Origin: Candidatus Hydrogenedentota bacterium
GTDB taxonomy: Bacteria > Hydrogenedentota > Hydrogenedentia > Hydrogenedentales > JAEUWI01
Direction: 5' to 3'
Length of the DNA: 64,000 bases
NCBI GenBank assembly: GCA_034669905.1
Contig: JAXMOL010000023.1
Location: 44,901-108,900, forward strand
The translations under genes were made by a program, and so were the position numbers. Shown one piece after another: positions 10,821-19,348 of this stretch; position 1 is the stretch's first letter; each line of letters opens with the position of its first letter. The notes under the pieces were generated by a model that was given only the letters and a program-made list of their open reading frames with translations, ran no database searches and was not told the origin of the DNA.

Positions 10821-10992
10821 AGGGGTTGACCATTCCTGGTCGACCCAAGGTGCACGAAATTTTTCGCAGTTCATGCCGGCGGACGCAGGACGTGGTGCGT
10901 TCCCCTCCAAGCATCCCATCACCTGACCAACATCACGGGCCCCTGTGATCACGGATGAGGGCCTTGTGTCGACCAGGAATGGTCAACCCCCT
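10821..10992. mobile_element. REPIN/MITE-like non-autonomous element, copy 1
   Basis: 23-bp perfect inverted arms GGGGTTGACCATTCCTGGTCGAC (10822-10844 and 10968-10990); a related copy lies at 62115-62297. Confidence 0.7.
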
Positions 10993-11094
10993 GTTGGTCC
11001 GCGCACCTATGTGTTCTTTCTCTGTGATAGTAACCACCTTGGATTTGGACTCCCGTCGCTTTACGTTAGACGTCATTCGCCCTACGCGCGACAC

Positions 11095-14000
11095 CTACGG
11101 CCTGAATAACACTACGGCACCACTATCCAGTGCCAGTGCCAGACTCCCATCACCCAGCTTTTCAACGCACACCGGTGTGCCCTCCACGTTTCCTTGTTTC
11201 AATACTGCGCCTGCGCTGTCTAACGCCTTCACCGTGCCATCCTCCAACGCCACAACGATCACCGGCACATTTCCGTCTACCGGTCTGTGCGCGCCCATCA
11301 CCACCGGCGACCCGCCCACATTCACACCCCAGAGCCGTTCGCACTTCCCCGTGAGGGCCACGAGCAACCCTGTCTTTTCCGCCACGAGTATTTCGGGCGT
11401 TCCGTCGCCGTCCAGATCGGCGGTGTCCATGTCGCGGATGTTCAGCGCGGGGATGCGGTCTCCGGGGCCGAAGCTGGCATCGTATTTGGCCGTACCGTAT
11501 TTGTCCCACACGGTGACGCGGTTCCAGGAGCCGTTGATTTCGGACATGAGCTCTTTTTCGCCGTCGCCGTCGAAGTCTTCAAAGAAGAGGTGGTAACGAT
11601 TCATGCTGGACCAGCCGCCAATGTAGGTGTGCCCTTCGGGGACGGTGTGCAAGCCCCGGGGAGCGGGGTTGAGGGATTTGTTGTCGATCATGGCGACAGC
11701 ATTGAACCCGTTATATTTTCGTGCGGCCAGGAGGGTCAGGATATCCTCCGCCGTCGGGATAATCTTGAAGAGGGAGACCTTCCCCCAGAACTGGGGCATG
11801 CGTTTGATGAGTTGGCCGTGCTCGTCGATAATTTCGAGGGTACAGGCGCTCCCGACAAAAGCTTGGCTCTTCCCGTCAAGGAAGACGCCCGTGTGGAGAC
11901 CATGGATACCCTCGTGTCCGGGGGCGGACTTAAACCAATAGGTCTTGGCCGCACGGAAGACCGCCGGGTCCATTTCGCTGACGAACTCCCACCGCCGCTC
12001 GCCCGCCTCGTTGAAGGCGATGACCTTTTCGTCCGCACAGCCTGCGAGGAGGAGCTTGTGTTCCGCCCACCAGCGGAGCATGCGGATGGGCCCGTCGGTC
12101 TGGAGGGTGTTGACGACTTCGCCCTCGGTCGTGATGAGATGGATAGTCTTACCCGCCGCAGCGGCAATCAGGGTGCCCTTTTCGCCTGGAATCGACACCA
12201 GGTCTACGACCGCCTCGCCAAGCTCTACGCGAACTTGAGGCACGAGGGCCTCCGCCACTTGGGGCGAGGGCACGACCGCAACATATGCCCTATCGGGTGC
12301 CCGTGTAGCGGCCACCGGACCCAATGCATCCTGCACCGCCGAGGGAAGTGAAAGGGTTGCCAACGCCTCCCAGAGTCTTGCCAAAGCAATGCCCCTATCC
12401 CCACGGCCGACCACCGAATAGATATACTCGGTCTCTCCCGCCTTCACCGGCCCCACCCAGGTCATGGTGGCCACCTTGCCTTGTACGTTCGTCTTCATGG
12501 CGCGCGATACCGACACGGTCCCAACTGGGGCGGGAGCACCTGCCTTGGTAGCGATGAGGTGGCTGGGGCGCGCGGGGTCGAGCTCCCAGTCATTTTCCTT
12601 GGTCTCCCAGGAAAGCGCAATCTCAAAGTTTTCTGTGTCGATGCGCGTCGTCACGGCATCCGCGATAATCGTGTATTCCCCCTTCTTGCTGACTATGGTC
12701 CGCTCCCAGCTGGCGAAGGGCATGTTGGGCACTTCCGCCACGGCAATCGCCACATCGGCGAGGACCTCCACCTTTTTCAAGGCGGCATCCATGGCCACCA
12801 CCGGCTCGGTGAGGCCATCGGCCCGGGTGCGAATCTGGTTGAGGTAGCCTTCGAGCATGGTCTCGCCATCGAGGCGCAACTCCAAGAGCACGAAGGTATG
12901 GTAGGGATTCCGGGAGGCCCCGTTGAGTCCATCGAGGAGGATGAAATCACCGCTGGCATCGGGGGCCGAGCGGTAACTCGCAAATTGAAAGGATTCCCCC
13001 AGCGGCAAGCCACTCTTGCGCTGCTGCCACATCCCCTCGGGCACGGGGTGGACGGTCCATTTGTCGACGAGGTCTACCGGCAGGGTTGGCTCCAGGGCGG
13101 CATCGGGCCAATAGGATTGTCCGAGGCGGAAGGGCTTGAGGCTGATGCCGGAATGGCCCACATAGTCCAGCCAGCGCCCGTCTTGGGTGAGGTCGGCCGC
13201 TTTGTGGTAGTAGCCGATGGAGCCGTAACGCAGCGCCCAGTCGTTTTGCTTGCCTGCGAGCAGGGCCTCGTGTCCCCGGAGCAGCGTCGCCAGCACACCA
13301 TTCTCCAGGGGCACGCGGTCCCCCGAGAGCATCATGTAGGTCAAGATGGGAGCCACGCCCGTGGTGTACCAATAGAGGTTGTCGCTCTCCCCCGCTACCC
13401 ACGCATGCTCGTGGAGGGGTTTGAAGTGAAGGGCACCATTTTCTTCGCAGACCGGCCAGATGGGGTCTTCGTAATCTTTGGCGAAATAGCGGCCGAGGGC
13501 GTAGAGGCTGATGGCGGTCCATTGGCCATGGCGCGAACCCACCGAGGCGGGCGTGGCGGCATAGGGACCCCGATAGGCACCCTTGATACCATGGTGCTCC
13601 AGTTGCTTCGCAAAGGCGTTGGTCACCCGGAGCCGCTCTTCGTCCGTAAAGAGAGGACTCTCCTCAATGAGATCCCAGTAGAGAATCATCATGTGGGCGT
13701 TGTAATGGTAGGGACCGCTGAGCGGCGCGTCCTTGTTCTCGATACGCTCACCATCGATTTCGCCGATCTCGGCCTTCGCCTGGTCGTCGGGAAAGGCGAG
13801 GCGAACAACCTCCCGGGCGTGGAATTCGTCGCCGGTCATGTAATAGAGGGCCATGCGCTTGCTGATGCTGTTCCAGCCGAAATAACCAATGCCCCCATAA
13901 CCCGCCGAATCTTCCCAGGTGGGGAAGCGGTCGATGTCGGTGGGCACCTCAATGCCCTCTCCCAGTTGCAGCTCCATGAGGCGCCCGAGGATGAGCGCAC

Positions 14001-15093
14001 CCTCTGCCACCGGAAGTGCGCCAATCTTTTCCACCAGGAGATTGGCGGCCACTGTCACGCCTGCATCATCGCTACCGCCCACGAGGATAACATTCTTGCC
14101 GCCCCCCGTGGGGTTGTGGAGTGTGCGGAGCACGTGACCGCCCACGCCGGGATAGCGCAAATCGAGCAAGGTGTAATAGCGTTCATAGAGGGTCCCGAGC
14201 AGACGATTCGTCGAGCGGTTCCCCAGCACGATGAGGTGGTCGTCCAGGGCCAGTTCGGGTCCGAACTCCGTGTCCGGAATCATCCTCGGACGTACCCCGC
14301 CCCGGGCTTCGATGGCGTCGGCGATGGCAATCGCCGCACCCTCATAACGCCCATCCGCGGGCACCACTATCGGCGCGGCCACCCCGTCCGCCACCAGCGC
14401 CGTTTCCAGATAGAGGGGCTTTAGCGTGGTTATTTCCGGGGCCTTCGCCGAACCCAGGGCATCCATTAAGGGGGGGAGTTCTAACACTGTGTGGAGCCGT
14501 ACGTTGTCCACGAGCAGTTTCGGGGTCGGGCTGGCGTGGGAATAAATATAGACCATGGCGGAGGTCGTTCCCGGCGGGGCCACCTTGCCGATGATCGTGT
14601 CCGCCGCCGCACCACCGAGCCCCGGAATTAGACTCCGTTGAGCGAATTCCCCGGAAGGTGAGAAGCGCAACTGAAGATAGGAACCGCCGGGAGAAAGCTC
14701 GTCGAGGGCCTTCACCGAGACGGTGGCCATGTAGGCCGAGCCCCCTTCTGCGGGGACCTTCTGCCGCAGGCCCGTCTCGCCCGCCGGGTCATCATCTTCG
14801 AAGCGGAGCATCTTGGCCCCGTCGATGTCGCCGTCCACCACCGTGAGCTTGCGGTATTCGTCCAGGCCGCCATAGTTGCTCCAGCCCACAGGGACGCCAT
14901 TCTCCCCCACGCCGTCCTCGAACGAGGGATTGACGAGGAGGTTGGGACCATCGGATGTGGCGGCCATCGCACACGGGCAAGACAGGGCAACCACGGACAG
15001 GAGTAGCGAAAGGCCACAAAATTCGACAATTCGATTAAGTTGCACGGGTTGGTCTCCCCGGGGTGGGCATGTGGACACATTGGGTTGAATCAT
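11095..15093 (-). CDS. Large secreted multidomain carbohydrate-active-like protein (CBM-like N-terminus, GH67/115-N-like domain, helical core, C-terminal FG-GAP-like propeller)
   Basis: 1332 aa; signal peptide; NLLVNPSFEDG..PVGW; ILVGGSDDAGV; DFDGDGEKEL and ADLDGDGTPEI repeats. Start codon uncertain. Confidence 0.75.
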   Translation of the reverse strand: MIQPNVSTCPPRGDQPVQLNRIVEFCGLSLLLSVVALSCPCAMAATSDGPNLLVNPSFEDGVGENGVPVGWSNYGGLDEYRKLTVVDGDIDGAKMLRFEDDDPAGETGLRQKVPAEGGSAYMATVSVKALDELSPGGSYLQLRFSPSGEFAQRSLIPGLGGAAADTIIGKVAPPGTTSAMVYIYSHASPTPKLLVDNVRLHTVLELPPLMDALGSAKAPEITTLKPLYLETALVADGVAAPIVVPADGRYEGAAIAIADAIEARGGVRPRMIPDTEFGPELALDDHLIVLGNRSTNRLLGTLYERYYTLLDLRYPGVGGHVLRTLHNPTGGGKNVILVGGSDDAGVTVAANLLVEKIGALPVAEGALILGRLMELQLGEGIEVPTDIDRFPTWEDSAGYGGIGYFGWNSISKRMALYYMTGDEFHAREVVRLAFPDDQAKAEIGEIDGERIENKDAPLSGPYHYNAHMMILYWDLIEESPLFTDEERLRVTNAFAKQLEHHGIKGAYRGPYAATPASVGSRHGQWTAISLYALGRYFAKDYEDPIWPVCEENGALHFKPLHEHAWVAGESDNLYWYTTGVAPILTYMMLSGDRVPLENGVLATLLRGHEALLAGKQNDWALRYGSIGYYHKAADLTQDGRWLDYVGHSGISLKPFRLGQSYWPDAALEPTLPVDLVDKWTVHPVPEGMWQQRKSGLPLGESFQFASYRSAPDASGDFILLDGLNGASRNPYHTFVLLELRLDGETMLEGYLNQIRTRADGLTEPVVAMDAALKKVEVLADVAIAVAEVPNMPFASWERTIVSKKGEYTIIADAVTTRIDTENFEIALSWETKENDWELDPARPSHLIATKAGAPAPVGTVSVSRAMKTNVQGKVATMTWVGPVKAGETEYIYSVVGRGDRGIALARLWEALATLSLPSAVQDALGPVAATRAPDRAYVAVVPSPQVAEALVPQVRVELGEAVVDLVSIPGEKGTLIAAAAGKTIHLITTEGEVVNTLQTDGPIRMLRWWAEHKLLLAGCADEKVIAFNEAGERRWEFVSEMDPAVFRAAKTYWFKSAPGHEGIHGLHTGVFLDGKSQAFVGSACTLEIIDEHGQLIKRMPQFWGKVSLFKIIPTAEDILTLLAARKYNGFNAVAMIDNKSLNPAPRGLHTVPEGHTYIGGWSSMNRYHLFFEDFDGDGEKELMSEINGSWNRVTVWDKYGTAKYDASFGPGDRIPALNIRDMDTADLDGDGTPEILVAEKTGLLVALTGKCERLWGVNVGGSPVVMGAHRPVDGNVPVIVVALEDGTVKALDSAGAVLKQGNVEGTPVCVEKLGDGSLALALDSGAVVLFRP

Positions 15094-15238
15094 TGCGAAT
15101 CGTCAAAGACAGGGACACCATCGCACGAACCCTCGTGCCTCGGGATCGCGCGGCACGAGGGTCTTTCTACGGGAAACCTTGTCGCCACACGCCGCCTACA
15201 GAAACCCTGCCTGTCAGAGCGAAAGGGGCATCACGTTG

Positions 15239-16300
15239 CTACACCTCTTCCCCGCATGCCCGGAGTATGGTCCGCTGCACCGCGTAGTCATGTTCATAGC
15301 CATAAGCAAACTCCGATTCATCGCGAATCGCCGAGGCGAAGTCTGCGAGATCCGCGATATGGCGGGGCAGGTGCGTAAAGGAGACATCCGATACGCCTTT
15401 GGGATGGTCACCCCAGGCGTTTCGCAGACTTAACTGGGCCGCTGGGGGTTCCAGGGGCATGAGCGTGACGGCACCATGGGTGCCCGTAATTTTAAAGCGA
15501 CGCCCTGCCCCGGAGTTGGGCTCTTGCACGGAAATATCAACGGTCACCATGGCCTTGTCGTATTCCAGCACCGCGAGGGTGTTGTCGCTGAGGTTGTCGT
15601 CGAAGTCGTTGTCGTGACGGAGGAAGCTGGTCACCTTCCTGGGCTCACCGAGGAGGAGCACAATCATGTCGATGAGATGACAGCCCAGCTCGAGCATGGC
15701 CCCGCCTTTGTGGAAAGCGATGCGCTCGCGGTTCGCGGGCGACAGGTCGGTGCACATGGTGGCATGGATGGTGGACACATCCCCCAGTACCCCTTCACCA
15801 TGCAGCTTGCGTATGAAGTCGAATCCGGGATTGTAGCGGTACATGTAGCCCATTTGAATATGCACCCCCTTTGCTTTCGCAGTATCGAGGAGGGTGCGAA
15901 ACTTCGGCAGGTCGGTACCCGCCGGTTTGTCCATATAGAGGTGCTTTCCCGAAGCCACTACGGACTGGCCGAGCGCCAACAATCGGGGCACATCACTTTC
16001 CACTGCCACCATTTTGATGTCCGGGTTCTTCAGAATTTCATCGTGGGACAGCCACTGGGTCGCTGCGTGGAGGGTTTGTCCGGCGTGGGCTTTGCGCACC
16101 TCTCCATCGGGTTCGCAGATGCCAACGAGGGCGAAATCCGGCGAATTGCGGAGCCCCTTTACGATGCTCCCCGCATGGGCATGGCCAAGTCCCAGGATGG
16201 CACACGGGATCTTTGGGGTCGTTTTATCCTGGGCTACCGCGCCCAACTGCGTCGCGGCTAACACGCCTGCCGTGCTGCCGATAAAATCACGTCGATTCAT
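15239..16300 (-). CDS. Tat-exported Gfo/Idh/MocA family oxidoreductase
   Basis: MNRRDFI start, GLGHAHA, HLYMDKP, ELGCHLID. Confidence 0.92.
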   Translation of the reverse strand: MNRRDFIGSTAGVLAATQLGAVAQDKTTPKIPCAILGLGHAHAGSIVKGLRNSPDFALVGICEPDGEVRKAHAGQTLHAATQWLSHDEILKNPDIKMVAVESDVPRLLALGQSVVASGKHLYMDKPAGTDLPKFRTLLDTAKAKGVHIQMGYMYRYNPGFDFIRKLHGEGVLGDVSTIHATMCTDLSPANRERIAFHKGGAMLELGCHLIDMIVLLLGEPRKVTSFLRHDNDFDDNLSDNTLAVLEYDKAMVTVDISVQEPNSGAGRRFKITGTHGAVTLMPLEPPAAQLSLRNAWGDHPKGVSDVSFTHLPRHIADLADFASAIRDESEFAYGYEHDYAVQRTILRACGEEV

Positions 16301-16398
16301 GAAATAGCTCTCCGATGGGATGGGATATCTGCCGATCAATTTGATGGGTTATACGGTACCGTCACCAGCCACGGGATGCAAGCTGGCGTGTGGAAGGA

Positions 16399-16790
16399 TT
16401 TTTAACCACAAAGAACGCAAAAGACGGGCGCGTAGTTGGCATATGATATGGACTTGGACGACGCTCTCTGAAAAAGAGAAACTTTCACCACGAAGGACAC
16501 GAAGAGCACGAAGAAATGAAGGAACGAGATACAAGACGCTCGTGGCTATGGCCCGCCGTAGCAACTGATACGTTGGCTCCAGGCAAGATGGGTAGGGACA
16601 CCATCGTGGGCTGGTGCAAAACGGTTTTTAACCACAAAGAACGCGGAGAACACAAAAAATGGCTCGAACCATGGCGTCGGTATGTTAGCTAAACAACAGC
16701 AACGTTCCATTGAATGATTTTCAAAGAGACCGTCGCCCACACCATCAGCCGGAAACGTTTTATCTTTGTGTTCTCTGCGTTCTTTGTGGT
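16399..16790. repeat. Cluster of 9-nt-periodic intergenic repeats (ACCACAAAGAACGCAGAGAACACAAA type), including an inverted pair
   Basis: Direct copies at 16399-16424, 16483-16515 and 16625-16660; inverted copy at 16762-16790. Confidence 0.7.
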
Positions 16791-16876
16791 CCAAGTCATT
16801 GCGTGTGTCCCATGGCTACTGCTACCCTACAAGATGTCTAATACGGCTGCGGCATACAACCAGGGAGCGTCCTACC

Positions 16877-17641
16877 ATGTACCGAGATTATCCGGTCGCC
16901 ACAATCCTGTTGGTAGCGATATTGATTGCGGGCATTTTCCTGGTAAGCGACTACGTCGCAGACCAATCAGAACGGGAGACGGGGCGCTATTCCGTCCTGC
17001 ACACCGATGGGAGCCCCGTCCCGGATAGCGAATTGGATTGGCTCCAGCAGGCGGCAAACACGCTGGCGTATGAAGCCGACGATACGTTTCTTCAGCAAAC
17101 CATTCAATCCGACGGACTCGGCGGAGCCTTTGTGCAGTGGACTGCGGGGAGCTTCGGACCAGGTGCTGTTTTCGGCAGCGCATCCGCCTCGCCAGCGGCC
17201 TATCCCCTCACGCCCCCCATGGCATCCTACTACTTGGATAAAAACGGGAACATTGTACTGCACACCCCGACGGACGCCCAGGTGTTTATGCCCTTCTATG
17301 AGGGGCTGGCCACCGTGGGCGTTTTCCCGGTGGATGCATCCTCGGAAATTTTGGAACCGGAGTTCCGCTATATCAACCGCGAAGGCAATACCCTGCTGAC
17401 ACCCGACTACGAGCAGGTGGAACCGTTCTCGAATGGCAGGGCCGCTTTTCTGGTGGAAGATCGCTGGGGTTATATGGACACGAAGGGCAATGAAATCATC
17501 CCACCTTTGAACCAACTGCCCATCCCCTTCTTAGACGCTAAGGTGGCCGTCGTCCACATGGCCGCGATCGATGATTCCAGTTATCATTTCACCTTGACGT
17601 TGGACGAAGCGGGTAACGCGATCTCGACAGACAGAGAATAA
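16877..17641 (+). CDS. Membrane-anchored WG-repeat (KWG-like) protein
   Basis: GGGAG RBS, N-terminal TM helix, repeats YLDKNG..FYEGLA / YINREG..FSNGRA / WGYMDTKG. Confidence 0.85.
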   Translation: MYRDYPVATILLVAILIAGIFLVSDYVADQSERETGRYSVLHTDGSPVPDSELDWLQQAANTLAYEADDTFLQQTIQSDGLGGAFVQWTAGSFGPGAVFGSASASPAAYPLTPPMASYYLDKNGNIVLHTPTDAQVFMPFYEGLATVGVFPVDASSEILEPEFRYINREGNTLLTPDYEQVEPFSNGRAAFLVEDRWGYMDTKGNEIIPPLNQLPIPFLDAKVAVVHMAAIDDSSYHFTLTLDEAGNAISTDRE

Positions 17642-17645
17642 GACC

Positions 17646-18512
17646 ATGGCATACGTCGAACAACATGAGAACGGAGCAGAAGGCTCCAGCGAGCAGAAAC
17701 GAAAAAAATCAAACACCACGCCGACGCGTCTCTTGCTTCGGGCCAGTATCGCCCTCACGGTCATCTCGTTGCTGGGCGCTCTCTTCCTCCTGATTCTGCG
17801 CCCGGCGGGACAGCAGCTCGGTTGCCAGCAAACCCTCCGCTATACGTGGCACATGCTGTTCGAAGACTACTTTGAGAAGGACGCGGAAGGAAGATATCCA
17901 CCGCTGAGCGGGGTGCCCGGTGTATTCGCGCCGGATTACGATGCCGTAAAGCCCTTTATTTCAGAAGAGAATGGGGTACAGCTTTTTTGTCCGACAGCCC
18001 ACACGACCCACGGCAATCTATCGGTTCAAGCACAACTTCGCCAGCCCACCTATGCCTATTTCGGATATGTGTTTCATAAGGAAGATGAGCTACTCGCATT
18101 CCTTGAGCGCTACCCCATGTTCATCACGGAGGGGGCCGACTTCAACGATGATTTGGTCGCCCCGCCGGGTAGAGGTTCCTTTGGTGGGGATATGTTTCGT
18201 CGACTCCGCAAGGGTGGCGTTTCCCCAGGCGAGCAGGAGATGGTGCGCAATCCCATCGTACTCATGGAAATCCCCCATCAAGAAAAGGAGAAAACGCTTC
18301 CCCATCCAGGGTACAAGGGGAATACGTTGGAATCAGGAGGCAGTATGAAATCCATCACATACGGAGAATCCTACCCCATGACGCCAGCAATCATTGCTAG
18401 AATTTGCGAACTACGTTTGATGTACGCAGACGAAGATTCGGCTACCACCCGCTATCCATTCACCACAACGGTGGACGAAGCGAAAAACCAAATCTCGGCA
18501 GAGGGAGAATAA
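17646..18512 (+). CDS. Single-TM protein with degenerate DUF1559-like domain (paralog 1)
   Basis: TM helix, then C..YPPLS..LFCP..YAYFGY..GRGSFGGD..EIP..YPMTPAII; aligns with 18517-19302 and with the C-terminus of 6896-9103. Confidence 0.75.
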   Translation: MAYVEQHENGAEGSSEQKRKKSNTTPTRLLLRASIALTVISLLGALFLLILRPAGQQLGCQQTLRYTWHMLFEDYFEKDAEGRYPPLSGVPGVFAPDYDAVKPFISEENGVQLFCPTAHTTHGNLSVQAQLRQPTYAYFGYVFHKEDELLAFLERYPMFITEGADFNDDLVAPPGRGSFGGDMFRRLRKGGVSPGEQEMVRNPIVLMEIPHQEKEKTLPHPGYKGNTLESGGSMKSITYGESYPMTPAIIARICELRLMYADEDSATTRYPFTTTVDEAKNQISAEGE

Positions 18513-18516
18513 GATC

Positions 18517-19302
18517 ATGGCATTCGTTGAGCGACATGAGCGTGTTAACAAAGAATCTCGCAACGGACCCCCGAGGTCAGCAAAAGATAGTCGCAACCGT
18601 ATCGTGCTTTGGAGCAGCATCGCCCTCGTCGCCATCGTTTTCTGTGTGGTCGCCGCGGGGAAGGTCTACGCAGTGAGACAACAGGTGTCCTGCGGTGTGA
18701 CGCTCTCCAAGTCTTGGGACTTGGCGCTCCATATGTACAGCAACGGCCACCCCGACAAGTTATTCCCACCCTTGAGCGATACGCCCGGTCACCTCTTCAT
18801 GAATATGTCCGATGTCTATTCCGCCTACGTCACGGACAAAGACCATCCCCTTTTCTGCAGTGCTTCCGAACAGGCTTTCAAAAGCCTGCCGATGGACGCA
18901 AAGTTTGCCCACTCGACTTACGTCTATATCGGGTATGCCTTGCAGAACGAGGATGAACTACTGGCCTTCCTGGACGCCTACCCCGGATTCATTGAGGCAG
19001 GCGCAGACTTTCAAACGGACCTGCCCGCTCCGAAAGGGCGAGGTTCTTTCGGCGGCGACCAGTTTGTCCGGCTGAACGCGGACCACCGCCCGGATGGCCC
19101 GACGGTCGTCCCATCGATACCTGTATTCATTGAGATCCCGAACTATACGGACGAAGGCCAGGTATTTCGCCATCCGACGCCCGGTGGCTATGTATCGTTG
19201 CTCGGCGGTGGCACCACCTTCATGGATTATGGCGATCAATTCCCCATGACCCCGGCTATTATCGAAAAGATAGGAACGCTCAAGGCGCGCTACCCGGGCT
19301 AG
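18517..19302 (+). CDS. Single-TM protein with degenerate DUF1559-like domain (paralog 2)
   Basis: SC..LHMYSN..FPPLSDTPGHL..LFC..YVYIGY..RHPTPGGYV..FPMTPAII. Confidence 0.78.
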   Translation: MAFVERHERVNKESRNGPPRSAKDSRNRIVLWSSIALVAIVFCVVAAGKVYAVRQQVSCGVTLSKSWDLALHMYSNGHPDKLFPPLSDTPGHLFMNMSDVYSAYVTDKDHPLFCSASEQAFKSLPMDAKFAHSTYVYIGYALQNEDELLAFLDAYPGFIEAGADFQTDLPAPKGRGSFGGDQFVRLNADHRPDGPTVVPSIPVFIEIPNYTDEGQVFRHPTPGGYVSLLGGGTTFMDYGDQFPMTPAIIEKIGTLKARYPG

Positions 19303-19348
19303 ACTTCAACGCCCCCGAGCGCGTAGGCATGCCCGCCCAATCGATGCC

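Noticed and set aside
12481..14424. 647-aa plus-strand ORF
   Set aside because: Antisense shadow of the 1332-aa gene; typical of high-GC DNA and has no motifs.
16399..16790. Possible degenerate CRISPR array or small ORFs (LRALRVLRGE, FVFSAFFVV)
   Set aside because: Irregular spacing and mixed orientation; the peptides are translations of the repeats.
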